The translations under genes were made by a program, and so were the position numbers. Positions 19,194 through 29,417 of a stretch of 64,000 bases of DNA are shown here, in pieces. The notes under the pieces were generated by a model, which saw only the letters and a program-made list of their open reading frames with translations, was not told the DNA's origin and searched no databases. Within the stretch, counting starts at the first letter, position 1. Each line of letters starts with the position of its first letter. The DNA lies in the NCBI GenBank assembly GCA_963708075.1, contig OY970194.1, positions 3,424,001-3,488,000 of the forward strand, read 5' to 3'. The stretch is from Sedimentisphaerales bacterium (GTDB taxonomy: Bacteria; Planctomycetota; Phycisphaerae; Sedimentisphaerales; Anaerobacaceae).

Positions 19194-20705
19194 ATGGCGG
19201 AAGAAAAACAAGAAACGACACCCGAGACGAACGAGGAAACACAGCAGGCCGAGGAGCCCAGGACCTCGAAGAACACCGTAACGATCGAGGATGCCGGCCC
19301 CTGCAAGAAGAAGATTGTCGTCGAGGTTCCGGAGGAAACGATCAAGGATATGGCGGACGAGCAGTACCGGGACCTTCGCCGCGAAGCCATCTTGCCGGGC
19401 TTCCGGAAAGGCCGGGCCCCTCGCCGGCTCTTGGAGAAGCGATTCGGCAAGGAGACCAGCGAGCAGGTTAAGCTCAAGATTCTCGCCGAGGCCAGCGAGG
19501 CGGCCATCAAAGACAAGAAGCTGGACGTGCTCACCGATCCGGATGTCGATTACGAGAACGTCAAGGTGCCTGAATCGGGCCCGATGAGGTTCGAGTTTGA
19601 GGTCGAGGTCCGGCCGGAGTTTGAGCTGCCGGCGCTCGAAGGCATCCCGGTCACACGGCCCAAGCTGGAGGTGACCGATGCGCAGGTTGATCGGGAGATC
19701 GAGCAGCTTCGGCGCTGGTCCGGCCTGTGGGTGCCGAAGGAAGATGGCACCGTCGAACAGGGCAACGAGGTCGTCGCGGACGTCCGGCTGAACGTGCATC
19801 TGACGGATGAAGAAAAGGCCAAGCAGACCGAGGCGGCGGAAAAAGGCGAGGAGGCCCCTCCGATTGGCATCCCCGAGTCGGAGACCAAGCTGGACAATAC
19901 CGAGATTCACGTCCGGCCGAACGGCTTCGTCGGGGCCGTGCCCGTCGCGAAACTCGATGAGCTGCTGATTGGAGCCAAGGCCGGCGACAAGAAGACCGCC
20001 ACCATCGAAGTGCCCAAGACGTACTTCCGCGAGGAGTACCAGGGCAGGACGGTGGACATCGAGATCGACGTCAAAGAGGTCAAGTATCTCAAGCCCGCCG
20101 AGATGGACGAGCAGTTCCTGCAACGATATCGCGTGGAGAACGAGCAGGAGCTTCGCGACCGCATCCGCGACAACCTGCAGGCCCAGCTCGAATCGCAGAT
20201 CCGGAGCGATATGAGCGAGCAGGTTTATCAGCATCTGCTCGGCAATACGAATTTCGACCTGCCCGTGGATATCGTCGCCCGCCAGGCGGGCACGATCCTG
20301 CAAAGGCAATATATCAATCTGCTCTCCCGCGGCCTATCGCGGGAACAGGTGGACGAGCAGATGGAACAGCTCCGTGCCGGCAGCGAGGAGCAGGCCAGGC
20401 AGCAGCTCAAGACCTTCTTCATCATGGATAAGGTCGCCGAGAAGTTCGATATCGATGTGACCGACGAAGAAATCAACGGCCACATCGCCCAGGTCGCCAT
20501 CCAGCGAGGCCAGCGCCCGGAGAAACTGAAGGAGCAGATGGAACGCGACGGCTCACTCGCCCAGTTCCGCCTCGACATCCGACAGAGCAAATGTATCGGC
20601 AAACTGCTGGAGTCGGCGAACATTACCGAGCAACAGGACGAAGAAAAGGCAGCCAAGCCCAAAAAAGGAAAAAAGAAAGCGGCTGAGGAAAAGGCCGAAG
20701 AGTGA
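19194..20705 (+). CDS. tig: Trigger factor
   Basis: PGFRKGRAP ribosome-binding motif and FEFEVEVRP; lies upstream of clpP. Start ATG 19194. Confidence 0.96.
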   Translation: MAEEKQETTPETNEETQQAEEPRTSKNTVTIEDAGPCKKKIVVEVPEETIKDMADEQYRDLRREAILPGFRKGRAPRRLLEKRFGKETSEQVKLKILAEASEAAIKDKKLDVLTDPDVDYENVKVPESGPMRFEFEVEVRPEFELPALEGIPVTRPKLEVTDAQVDREIEQLRRWSGLWVPKEDGTVEQGNEVVADVRLNVHLTDEEKAKQTEAAEKGEEAPPIGIPESETKLDNTEIHVRPNGFVGAVPVAKLDELLIGAKAGDKKTATIEVPKTYFREEYQGRTVDIEIDVKEVKYLKPAEMDEQFLQRYRVENEQELRDRIRDNLQAQLESQIRSDMSEQVYQHLLGNTNFDLPVDIVARQAGTILQRQYINLLSRGLSREQVDEQMEQLRAGSEEQARQQLKTFFIMDKVAEKFDIDVTDEEINGHIAQVAIQRGQRPEKLKEQMERDGSLAQFRLDIRQSKCIGKLLESANITEQQDEEKAAKPKKGKKKAAEEKAEE

Positions 20706-20725
20706 TATCAGTAAAGGATAGCCAC

Positions 20726-21373
20726 ATGTCCGAGCGATACGCAATGAGAGAGATTCAACGAAACCACGACGTTTACGACCAGTACACGCAATACCAGCGT
20801 TACCGCCAGATGAGCCTGGACGACATGCTGCTGGAGAACCGCATCGTCTTCCTGATCGGCGAGATCAATTACGCCCGCGCGGCGGAAGTGATCATGAAGA
20901 TGCTGTACCTGGACAACCTCAAGCGAGGCCGGGAGATCAGCCTCTACATCAACTCACCCGGCGGCACGGTGGATGACACGATGGCGATCTACGACACGAT
21001 GCAATTCGTGGGCTCGCCCATCGCCACCTACTGCATCGGCCGGGCCCAGTCCGGCGGGGCCGTGATCCTGGCCGCGGGTACGAAGGGCAAACGCTTCGCC
21101 CTGCCCCACGCCAAGATCATGCTCCATCAGCCCTGGGGCGGCGTCACCGGCCAGGCCTCCGACATCCAGATTCAGGCGGAAGAAATCCTGCGGGCCAAGC
21201 AGACGATCAATCGGATCCTGGCCAAGCACACCGGCCAGCCTCTCGAAAAGATCGCCGAGGAGACCGAGCGGGACCGCTACATGGGCGCCGAGGAGGCAAA
21301 GCAGTACGGCCTGATCGACGAAGTGCTCCACGAAGAAGAGAAGAAGACCGAAGAGACGAAGGAAAACAAGTAA
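20726..21373 (+). CDS. clpP: ATP-dependent Clp protease proteolytic subunit (first paralog)
   Basis: YINSPGG, AQSGGA (Ser), MLHQP (His) and GQASD (Asp). Confidence 0.95.
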   Translation: MSERYAMREIQRNHDVYDQYTQYQRYRQMSLDDMLLENRIVFLIGEINYARAAEVIMKMLYLDNLKRGREISLYINSPGGTVDDTMAIYDTMQFVGSPIATYCIGRAQSGGAVILAAGTKGKRFALPHAKIMLHQPWGGVTGQASDIQIQAEEILRAKQTINRILAKHTGQPLEKIAEETERDRYMGAEEAKQYGLIDEVLHEEEKKTEETKENK

Positions 21374-21374
21374 T

Positions 21375-21469
21375 AGATTTATGATTTACGATGGGTGCCT
21401 CTGCCGATCCCATGACGCGGACGCCAAGTCAAACTGTAAATCGTAAATTGTAAATCGTAAATCACGAAT
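21375..21469. repeat. Inverted short tandem heptamer repeats (GATTTAC / GTAAATC)
   Basis: AGATTTATGATTTACGAT ... GTAAATCGTAAATTGTAAATCGTAAATC between the two clpP genes. Confidence 0.75.
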
Positions 21470-21475
21470 GGGAAC

Positions 21476-22114
21476 ATGCCGATGCTCATGCAAGAGACTT
21501 TTGTACCGATTGTCATTGAAAAGACCGGGCGAGGAGAGCGGGCGTACGACATCTATTCCAGGCTCCTGAAGGATCGAATCATCTTCCTCGGGGGAGGTGT
21601 CACCGACGCCAGCGCCAATATCCTCATCGCCCAGATGCTGTTCCTGAGCAATGAGGACAGCAAGAGCGACATTCACTTCTACATCAACTCGCCGGGCGGC
21701 TCGATCACCGCCGGCCTGGCCGTCTACGATACGATGCAGTTCCTTCGCTGCGACGTGGCGACCTACTGCATCGGCCAGGCGGCCAGCATGGGAGCCGTGC
21801 TGATGGCCGGGGGCAAGAGCGGCAAGCGATTCCTCCTGGCCAACAGCAGGATCCTTCTGCATCAGCCCCACATCATGGGCGTGCTCGAAGGCCCGGCGAC
21901 TGACCTGGACATCGAGGCCCGGGAAATCCTGCGGCTGCGCACCCGGATCTATCACATCCTCGCCAACCACACGGGCCAGCCGCCGGCCAAGATCGAGAAG
22001 GACTCGGACCGCAACCTGTGGCTCAGCGCCGAGGAATCGATCAAGTACGGGCTGGCCGACCGGATCCTCCAGAAGGCCCCCGAGATCATCAAGAACGAGC
22101 AGGGGCAGCAGTAG
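21476..22114 (+). CDS. clpP: ATP-dependent Clp protease proteolytic subunit (second paralog)
   Basis: [32 protein letters not shown] and LLHQP motifs. Confidence 0.97.
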   Translation: MPMLMQETFVPIVIEKTGRGERAYDIYSRLLKDRIIFLGGGVTDASANILIAQMLFLSNEDSKSDIHFYINSPGGSITAGLAVYDTMQFLRCDVATYCIGQAASMGAVLMAGGKSGKRFLLANSRILLHQPHIMGVLEGPATDLDIEAREILRLRTRIYHILANHTGQPPAKIEKDSDRNLWLSAEESIKYGLADRILQKAPEIIKNEQGQQ

Positions 22115-22120
22115 CCGCGA

Positions 22121-22777
22121 GTGGGGAAACTCATGAGGCGCAAATCGAACAGATCATACAGGTCCTGTGGATTCCATGGGACCTGTATGTTTTTGACGCT
22201 CGCCGCGGTGCTTCTGGCCGGCTGCGGGATCGGCAGCGAGAGAAAGCACCCGGCAGAGTTGACGGCCGAGGCTTTACAGCGGGAGAAGGCCGAGGTCGCC
22301 CGCAATCTCGAACAGTGCCAGGTCGAGAACGAGCAGTTGCAGCAGCAGGTCAAGGCGATGACCGCCCTGCCGAGGGACAGCCGCGAGAATCCCTACAAGC
22401 TCACCCGCGTTCGGATCTCCGGGCTCACGGGCTTCTACGACAAAGACGAGGACGGCAGGCGGGAAAAGCTGCTCGTCTATCTTCAGCCTATCGACGAGAA
22501 CGGCGACATCGTCAAGGCCGCCGGGACCGTGCACGTGCAACTATGGAACCTGGAGGACCCGAACAGCCAGGCGCTCATCGGCCAATGGCAGGTCCAGCCG
22601 GCGGAGCTGCACAAGCTCTGGATCAGCGCGCTGGTGTCCGAATACCGCATTCCCTTTGGCGTGTCTCCGACACCGGCGCTCCTGGCCCGGCCGCTCACGG
22701 TGAAAGTCACATTCACCGACTATCTCACCGGCGACATCTTCCGCGACCAGCACGTCATCCAGCCGCGACCCCGGTAG
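22121..22777 (+). CDS. Hypothetical lipoprotein with coiled coil
   Basis: Lipobox LLAGC, heptad segment, beta-rich C-terminus. Confidence 0.75.
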   Translation: MGKLMRRKSNRSYRSCGFHGTCMFLTLAAVLLAGCGIGSERKHPAELTAEALQREKAEVARNLEQCQVENEQLQQQVKAMTALPRDSRENPYKLTRVRISGLTGFYDKDEDGRREKLLVYLQPIDENGDIVKAAGTVHVQLWNLEDPNSQALIGQWQVQPAELHKLWISALVSEYRIPFGVSPTPALLARPLTVKVTFTDYLTGDIFRDQHVIQPRPR

Positions 22778-22988
22778 AGACGCGACATCTCCCGATTTTT
22801 ACGGCTGCGCCCCGTTCGGGTCGGTCGGCCAGTGGAACACATCTTGCTCTACGCTGGCAGGATAGAACGGAACATCGCTTTTCCTCCCGTTTTGAACTGA
22901 GACTCCGTTACCGTTCGCACTTTGCGCGAATCTTCGGGCGACGAGCCCGTTTGCATCCTGCTGTATAGACGCTCCCCAGTCTGAAACG

Positions 22989-23750
22989 TTACACCCCTGC
23001 GGACCGGCCGAGGACGGCGGCAAATCGGCCGCAGGCGTCGCCTTCACGCCGGTGGCTGGGGAATAGATCGTTGCGACAGAGCGTGCAAATGCCCGCCACA
23101 TGAATGGAGCCGGGCTCAAGACCGGCCCGCGTCAAGGCATCCGTGTTTGCATGCCATAGATCGAAGCGGAACTTCCCATGGGACCCGCGACGGAAAAACT
23201 CTGCCGCGTGAGGACCGATCCCCTGAATGGCCGTTGCGTGGACTTCGTCACCGACCTCGTAGCACTCCGGCCCGGCGGATGGGCAGATGCACGCCACCAG
23301 GTCGCTCGGATCGCAACCCATCTCGACCATCTGGCGCACAACCTTCGGCGTGATCCCTGCCACGGTCGCCCGCCAGGAGGCATGGGTGAATCCTACGGCC
23401 CGCCCGCGCCTGTCGGCGATCAGCACGATGGGGCAGTCGCCGCTCTTGCCCATCAGCGCCAGCCCCTTCGCCGTCGTCACCAGTCCATCCGCATGCCCGG
23501 CACACCCGCCCCGCTCACAAACCAGAACCTCGCCCCCGTGCACCTGTTCCAGGAAGGCCACGTCTTCGAAGCCGAGCACGCGTGCGATCTCCCGCCCCGC
23601 CGCAGCCGGATCGTGCCGGACCCGTTGCACATCCGGCCCCTGCCGCGTCGTCACAAGATGAGCGACACCGATGGCCTCCAATGCGGCAAACCGACCCACC
23701 AGCCACCCGTTCGACAGCCCCTCCAGCCGAAAGCCCCCATTCGAATCCAT
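22989..23750 (-). CDS. pgeF: PgeF/YfiH family (laccase-domain) protein
   Basis: QVHG, ADGLVT, GDCPIV, HASWR, CYEVG and CTLC..FPSHRR motifs. Start ATG 23750. Confidence 0.88.
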   Translation of the reverse strand: MDSNGGFRLEGLSNGWLVGRFAALEAIGVAHLVTTRQGPDVQRVRHDPAAAGREIARVLGFEDVAFLEQVHGGEVLVCERGGCAGHADGLVTTAKGLALMGKSGDCPIVLIADRRGRAVGFTHASWRATVAGITPKVVRQMVEMGCDPSDLVACICPSAGPECYEVGDEVHATAIQGIGPHAAEFFRRGSHGKFRFDLWHANTDALTRAGLEPGSIHVAGICTLCRNDLFPSHRREGDACGRFAAVLGRSAGV

Positions 23751-23921
23751 TCGCGCCTCAACGATCCCAGTCCAGATACCACTTATCAGCCATGAGAACC
23801 TGCCTTGCACATCATACGCAAGAAAGCACCTCCCGCCAACACTGGATATGTTCATGTCACTGTGCTCTTATTGCATCTGTGCGAGATTGCGGCTTGCCAA
23901 GCGGAGGGTGGTGTATAGAAT

Positions 23922-24992
23922 ATGGCGATGCGCGAATGGATGAACCAGGTGCTCTGTGGAGACTGTGTCGATATCCTGCGAGCGGCGAAAGAGCCGTTCG
24001 CGGATCTGGTCTTCGCCGATCCGCCGTTCAACATCGGGTACAAGTACGACAAGTATCACGACGAGAAGGCCAGCGACAAGTACCTTGCCTGGACGCGGGA
24101 CTGGATCGGGGCGTGCGTCCGCGTGCTCCAGCCGCATGGATCGTTCTACATCGCTATCGGCGATGAGTACGCAGCCAATATCAAGTTGATCGCCGACGAC
24201 TGCGGGCTCGTGATGCGCAACTGGATCATCTGGCATTACACCTTCGGCCAGCAATTGAAACGCAAGTTCGCCCGCTCGCACACGCATATCTTCTATTTCG
24301 TAAAGGACGCGAAGAACTTCGTGTTCAATGATGGGATGGTGCGCGTCATTTCGGACAGGCAGAAGAAATATAGCGACAGGCGGGCCAACCCGGCGGGCAA
24401 GATGCCGGACGACGTGTGGAATGAATATCCCCGCGTCTGCGGCACGTTCCGCGAGCGGACGGGCTTCCCCTGCCAGATGCCCGAGAGCCTGCTGGCGAGG
24501 ATTATCCGCGCCAGCTCGAATGAGGGCGACTGGGTGCTCGACCCGTTCTGCGGCTCCGGCACCACCGCCGTTGTCGCTCACAAGCTCAATCGCAGATTCA
24601 CGACCGTCGATCTCTCCGAGGAATACGTCGAGGCGGCACGGAAACGAGTCGCGGAATCGGAAGGCCTCAGTGATGTAGGTCGTGCGTCCTCGCACGACAT
24701 TTCCGGCGAGCGGAGACGCTGCAAAGAAGGGTTGCCGGACTGGCCGGAGCATGCGGATGCCGAGCTGCGATGGCTCTACAGTGAGAACAAAGTCCCGTTG
24801 CGTCAGCTCTGCGCGAATCGCATGCTGCTGTCGCTGCTCACGAAGAAACTCAACGCGCGACTGCAGAAGACGCGGCATTACACTCCGGAGGAGGTCGATG
24901 AGCGGCTGGGCCTGCTCGATAAAAGCGGCAAACTCAGTCCTCTCGATAAAATAAGCGGACCACAACTGGGAGCATTGACGATTGAAGAATAG
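23922..24992 (+). CDS. Orphan N4/N6 DNA methyltransferase (beta-class order) with C-terminal extension
   Basis: FADPPFN catalytic motif precedes the DPFCGSGTT SAM-binding motif; no adjacent endonuclease. Confidence 0.92.
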   Translation: MAMREWMNQVLCGDCVDILRAAKEPFADLVFADPPFNIGYKYDKYHDEKASDKYLAWTRDWIGACVRVLQPHGSFYIAIGDEYAANIKLIADDCGLVMRNWIIWHYTFGQQLKRKFARSHTHIFYFVKDAKNFVFNDGMVRVISDRQKKYSDRRANPAGKMPDDVWNEYPRVCGTFRERTGFPCQMPESLLARIIRASSNEGDWVLDPFCGSGTTAVVAHKLNRRFTTVDLSEEYVEAARKRVAESEGLSDVGRASSHDISGERRRCKEGLPDWPEHADAELRWLYSENKVPLRQLCANRMLLSLLTKKLNARLQKTRHYTPEEVDERLGLLDKSGKLSPLDKISGPQLGALTIEE

Positions 24993-26814
24993 GACGTTCT
25001 TCCTTTCGGTATTGGCGCTGGCGCTCAGCGCCGGGATGCTGACGGTCATCCAGTCGCCGACGGACTGGTCGTTTCTGGCGTGGATGGCGTATGTGCCGTT
25101 CGCGCTGGCGTGCACGCCCCGGATTCCCGGCCGGCGGCTGGCGTTTGTGGCGTTCGGCGTCGGTTTCCTGTATTGGCTGGGCAACATCTATTGGATCACG
25201 CCGATCACGCTGATCGGCTGGACGGGGATGGGCTTTTACCTGGCGTTGTTCTGGCCGCTGCTGGCGATTCCCGTACGTTTCTGCCGGACGAAAGGCATCC
25301 CGATGTTTCTGGCGCTGCCGATCCTGGTGGTCGGCGTGGAGCGGCTGCACGGTTTTCCGATGGGTGGGTTCTTCTGGCGGTTCCTCGGCCACAGTCAGTA
25401 TGCGAATCTCGCGGTGATCCAGGTCGCCGACCTCGTCGGTGCGGCGGGCGTGTCCTTTGTCATCGCGATGGTCAACGGCCTGCTGGCAGATCTCGCCATA
25501 TTCTGGAGGTCCGGCAGACTGCGGAACCACGATAGCAGCAAGCACCACATCCCGTACGGGCTCGTGCTGGGGCCTGTGGCGACTGTCGTCGTGGTCGCCG
25601 CGGCGGTCGGTTACGGGCAATGGCGGCTGCAGCAGACGGGGGAATACCTCAAGGAAGGGCCCCGGGTGGCCGCCCTGCAGTCCAACGTGCCGCAGTCGGT
25701 CAAGCGGACCTTCAGCAAGAGCGGGCAGCTTTTCGACGACCTGATGGTCCATAGCAAGGCCGCCGCCGGAACGGGGGTCGAGTTGATCGTCTGGCCCGAG
25801 ACTATGGTGCAAGGCCTGCTGGACCCGAGGCTCTGGCCGGCGCTCACGGGAAGCCACGACGATGACAAAGCCTTCCATCAGGCCTTGTGCGATCACGCCC
25901 GGAACAACGCCTACCTGCTCGTCGGAGCCCTGGGCGGACAAGTAATGCGAAACCCCGCCGGCGAACTGTACCTCGGCGGCTACAACTCGGCCTATCTCTA
26001 TCGCCCGGATGGGACGCGGGACCCGCAGCGATACGACAAGATTCACCTCGTCCTTTTCGGCGAGTATATCCCCTTCCGGCGAAGCATCCCCTGGGTCTTC
26101 GAGCAACTGGGCAAGTTTCTGCCCGAAGGCTATAACCCCGATTACTCGCTCGAACACGGGAAGAACTACACGATCTTCGAAATGACGGATTCCGCCACGG
26201 CTGACCAAGAGCAGCATGGGCTAAAGCCCATCCTACCTGACGCTGCCGCCGCAACCAATCCGCAATCCGCAATCCGCAATCCGCAATCGGATCAGGCCCC
26301 GCCCTACCGCTTCGCGGTGATTATCTGCTACGAAGACACCGTCCCCTACGTCGCGAGGACATTCGCCCTCGACGACCAGGGCCGCAAGCGAATCGACTGG
26401 CTGGTCAACATCAGCAACGACGGCTGGTTCGTACGGTTCATGAGGAATCCGGAGCGGGTGGTCCCCAGCACGGAGTTGCCCCAGCATGCGGCGATTTGTG
26501 CCTTCCGGGCCGTGGAGAACAGGCTGCCCATCCTCCGCAGCGTCAACACGGGGATCAGTTGCCTGATCGAGTCCACCGGCAGGATCCGGAACGGCTACCT
26601 TGCGGCCAGCGATGGATTCCCCGCCAAGGCCATGGACAGGACCGGTCTGACTGGATGGTTCTCGGACAAAATGCCGATAGATACACGGGTGACCTTCTAC
26701 AGCCGGCACGGCGAATGGTTCGCCAATGGCTGTTCGGCGGTCCTGATCGCGATTGTCGTCGGGCCGTGGGCCCCCCGGCTCATCCGCCGGAGATCCTTGA
26801 AGGCCGCCCGCTGA
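24982..26814 (+). CDS. lnt: Apolipoprotein N-acyltransferase
   Basis: Multi-TM N-terminus and nitrilase triad VWPET / YDKIHLV.FGEY / ICYED; also RAVENR and VNTGIS. Confidence 0.95.
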   Translation: MKNRTFFLSVLALALSAGMLTVIQSPTDWSFLAWMAYVPFALACTPRIPGRRLAFVAFGVGFLYWLGNIYWITPITLIGWTGMGFYLALFWPLLAIPVRFCRTKGIPMFLALPILVVGVERLHGFPMGGFFWRFLGHSQYANLAVIQVADLVGAAGVSFVIAMVNGLLADLAIFWRSGRLRNHDSSKHHIPYGLVLGPVATVVVVAAAVGYGQWRLQQTGEYLKEGPRVAALQSNVPQSVKRTFSKSGQLFDDLMVHSKAAAGTGVELIVWPETMVQGLLDPRLWPALTGSHDDDKAFHQALCDHARNNAYLLVGALGGQVMRNPAGELYLGGYNSAYLYRPDGTRDPQRYDKIHLVLFGEYIPFRRSIPWVFEQLGKFLPEGYNPDYSLEHGKNYTIFEMTDSATADQEQHGLKPILPDAAAATNPQSAIRNPQSDQAPPYRFAVIICYEDTVPYVARTFALDDQGRKRIDWLVNISNDGWFVRFMRNPERVVPSTELPQHAAICAFRAVENRLPILRSVNTGISCLIESTGRIRNGYLAASDGFPAKAMDRTGLTGWFSDKMPIDTRVTFYSRHGEWFANGCSAVLIAIVVGPWAPRLIRRRSLKAAR

Positions 26815-26873
26815 TATTGGCAACATGGTGGGGCAAGCCGCAATGGACTGTCATCTTGAGCGAAACAAGGCCC

Positions 26874-26952
26874 GGTGCCATGCTTACGCTTGCGTAAGCA
26901 TGCTTTTCTTTCGAGGTGAAGCATGTCTACGCAGGGTGTAGACATGGCACCC
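26874..26952. repeat. GGTGCCATG-family paired palindrome; relatives at 60495-60573, 41460-41496, ~52347-52377
   Basis: GGTGCCATGCTTACGCTTGCGTAAGCATGC...GCATGTCTACGCAGGGTGTAGACATGGCACC. Confidence 0.8.
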
Positions 26953-27018
26953 GAACCCACGCGTAGCTCTGAATATCGCTATGGGATGACGGCAAGGGAA
27001 TGTCAGAGAGGTACTGCG

Positions 27019-28026
27019 ATGGCTCGGATCGGTTGGTTCTTGGGAATGACGGCTCTTGGTATGGCGATGCTCCCTATGCTCGGGTGCGAGCAGCCAAAGG
27101 AGTCGCCGTGGTCGTTGTCGCCCCCCCCATCCGCTAGCGGAGATGTGCCGTCGCAGGCCGAGCAGATCCTACTCGATGGGCTGGCGGACCCCAATCCCCA
27201 AATCCGGGCCAATGCCGTCGAGGTCGTGGTCACCACGCGACAGGTTCGCTTCATGCCGCGGGTACAGAAACTGATGCGTGACGAGACGGTCCCCGTCAAG
27301 TTCCTCGCCATCATGGCCGCAGGCGATCTCGAATACACGATGGGTAAGAACGACGTCGCCCAGTTCGTGAACGACCCGAATCCGAACATCAGGATGGCCG
27401 CTGCCTACGCCATGATGAAGCTCGGCGACACGCAATTCTTCAGGGTCTTTCGCGACCAGGTGACCAGCGAGGACCAGACGGTGCGGGCCAATGCGGCCAT
27501 GCTGCTGGGCAAAAGCGGCCAGAAGGACGCTGTTCGCTTTCTTTATTGGGCCTTGCAGCGCCCCGACTCCAGCGACAAAGTGGTTCTGCAGGCCCTCGAG
27601 TCCATTGCCATGCACCACGATGAGCGCATCTACCCGAAACTCTGGTCGCGACTGATCAGCGCGTATGCCGACGACCGGCTCCTGGGCATCCGGGCGATGG
27701 GCGCCCTCGGCACGGAACAAGCCAAAAACGCGATCATCACAATGCTCGACGATAACGTCGCCGAGGTTCGCCTGGCGGCCGCCGAGCAGCTCGGCAAGAT
27801 GGGAGAGCCCATCGGCGAGGCGAAAGTCGCCGAAGTATTCGAGAAAAACCTGCTTTCCGAGATGGATGCCGAGAGCCAGTTCCGGATCAAGGTGCTCAGC
27901 GCCCTGGCCATTGGCGAGATCGGCTCCGAGTCCCTCAACAAGCATCTGCCCCCACTGCTCCAGGACCCCTCAAAGCCCGTGCGATTAGCCGCCGCCAAGG
28001 CCGTCCTGCGGCAGATGGCCAAGTAG
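27019..28026 (+). CDS. HEAT-repeat lipoprotein
   Basis: Lipobox MLGC; repeated D...VR..AA..LG units. Confidence 0.88.
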   Translation: MARIGWFLGMTALGMAMLPMLGCEQPKESPWSLSPPPSASGDVPSQAEQILLDGLADPNPQIRANAVEVVVTTRQVRFMPRVQKLMRDETVPVKFLAIMAAGDLEYTMGKNDVAQFVNDPNPNIRMAAAYAMMKLGDTQFFRVFRDQVTSEDQTVRANAAMLLGKSGQKDAVRFLYWALQRPDSSDKVVLQALESIAMHHDERIYPKLWSRLISAYADDRLLGIRAMGALGTEQAKNAIITMLDDNVAEVRLAAAEQLGKMGEPIGEAKVAEVFEKNLLSEMDAESQFRIKVLSALAIGEIGSESLNKHLPPLLQDPSKPVRLAAAKAVLRQMAK

Positions 28027-28274
28027 AGGGACAGTAGCAAGGCCGGAGGCATGGTTTGTAGTGTGCCCGTAAGGGCATATAAAAAAAACGCCTTACGGCG
28101 TCACTACGAACGCGGTTGACGATGCCAAGCCGATATGCCCGACTCCAACGGACTGATCTTAAGAGCGTGGGACGTCCTCATCAAGTTTGACCGGGCCCCC
28201 CTTCTGTGTCTATCCACATTCGCCTACCATCCTCTGTTTTGCTTGGCATATTTGGGCTGTTTAGGAAAAATAAC

Positions 28275-28303
28275 TTGACCTTTGCAGAGCAGAAGCGTAA
28301 AAT
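28275..28303 (+). promoter_or_regulatory. Sigma70-type promoter
   Basis: TTGACC-N17-TAAAAT in an AT-rich intergenic region. Confidence 0.7.
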
Positions 28304-28462
28304 TATGCTATGCAAAGGTAGTATCGGGATTTGGGCAGGATTAGTGAGCGTTATTACCCTGGGAGGCCCACTGAACAGTCCTTTTTCGACTGCGCCCAAC
28401 GTCCGATAGAATAACGTGTTATGGAACTGCCAGAGCGTTCCGTTTGGAGAAAGGAGCCTGTC

Positions 28463-29365
28463 TTGAGCACGCTTACGAAGGTTCTGATTGTTCTTCTGAC
28501 CGTCTTCTCCCTGTTCCTCTGCGGCATCGTTGTCACCTACGTGGCCAATGCGGAAAACCAGCGAAAACGTGCGGACGGTCTGCAGCAGCAACTGCAATCA
28601 GCCAAGCAGAGACAGCAGCAGGCAATGGCCAATGAAGAGCAGCAGAAGAAGGCAGCCGAGGCTTTAGAGGCCGACTTGGGCACGCAGCTCGCCGAACTGA
28701 AGACGCTCCGGACCCAGCTTGAAGGCGAGATCGACAAGCTCAAGAGGGAGAATGGCCAGTTGGTGCAGAAAGTGGCCGACCTGGCAAACGTCGTGGAAAC
28801 CGCGAACACCACCGCCAAGCAGCAAACCGATCTGTTCCAGACCTCTCAGCAGGAGGTGCAGACGCTTCGGGCCGATCAGACCAACCGCAACAAAGAGCTG
28901 CAGGAGACGACCCAGGCCCTGATGGAGCGGATGGCGGCGCTGATGGATATGGAGAAGAGAAACCGGCAGCTTATCGAGGAGAAGCAGGCTCTTGAGATCC
29001 AGCTCGGCCAGTCGCTGCAGCCGTACGGCAGGGCTCCCGTTCGACCTCAGACGGTCACTCAGCCGCAACTGACCGCCCAGCCCGTCCAGCGGGCTTCGTC
29101 ACAGCAGCCGACCCCGGTGCCCCAGACGCGGCCCATCAATCTGAACGGCCGCGTCACACAGATCGATATGAAGAACAAAGTGGCCGCGATCTCGATCGGC
29201 TCGGCCGCCGGCGTCCGTGAGGACATGAAGTTCCACGTCACCCGCGGCGACCGGTGGATTTGCGAGATTCTGATCTTCGACGTCGATGCCGAAAGAGCGG
29301 TTGGAACCCTTGATCTGGTGCAGGTCGAGCCCCAAGCAGGGGACCTGGTTGCCACGAACCTGTAG
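28463..29365 (+). CDS. Membrane-anchored long coiled-coil protein with C-terminal beta domain
   Basis: RBS AAGGAG and TTG start, single N-terminal TM, ~150-aa heptad region, ISIGSAAGV C-terminal domain. Confidence 0.85.
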   Translation: MSTLTKVLIVLLTVFSLFLCGIVVTYVANAENQRKRADGLQQQLQSAKQRQQQAMANEEQQKKAAEALEADLGTQLAELKTLRTQLEGEIDKLKRENGQLVQKVADLANVVETANTTAKQQTDLFQTSQQEVQTLRADQTNRNKELQETTQALMERMAALMDMEKRNRQLIEEKQALEIQLGQSLQPYGRAPVRPQTVTQPQLTAQPVQRASSQQPTPVPQTRPINLNGRVTQIDMKNKVAAISIGSAAGVREDMKFHVTRGDRWICEILIFDVDAERAVGTLDLVQVEPQAGDLVATNL

Positions 29366-29417
29366 AAGGAATGCAGCGAGAGCTGCCCGTCATAGCCTCA
29401 CAGGAGGTCGTTAAGAT

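Noticed and set aside
23922..24992. Restriction-modification system
   Set aside because: No endonuclease gene is adjacent; the neighbours are pgeF and lnt.
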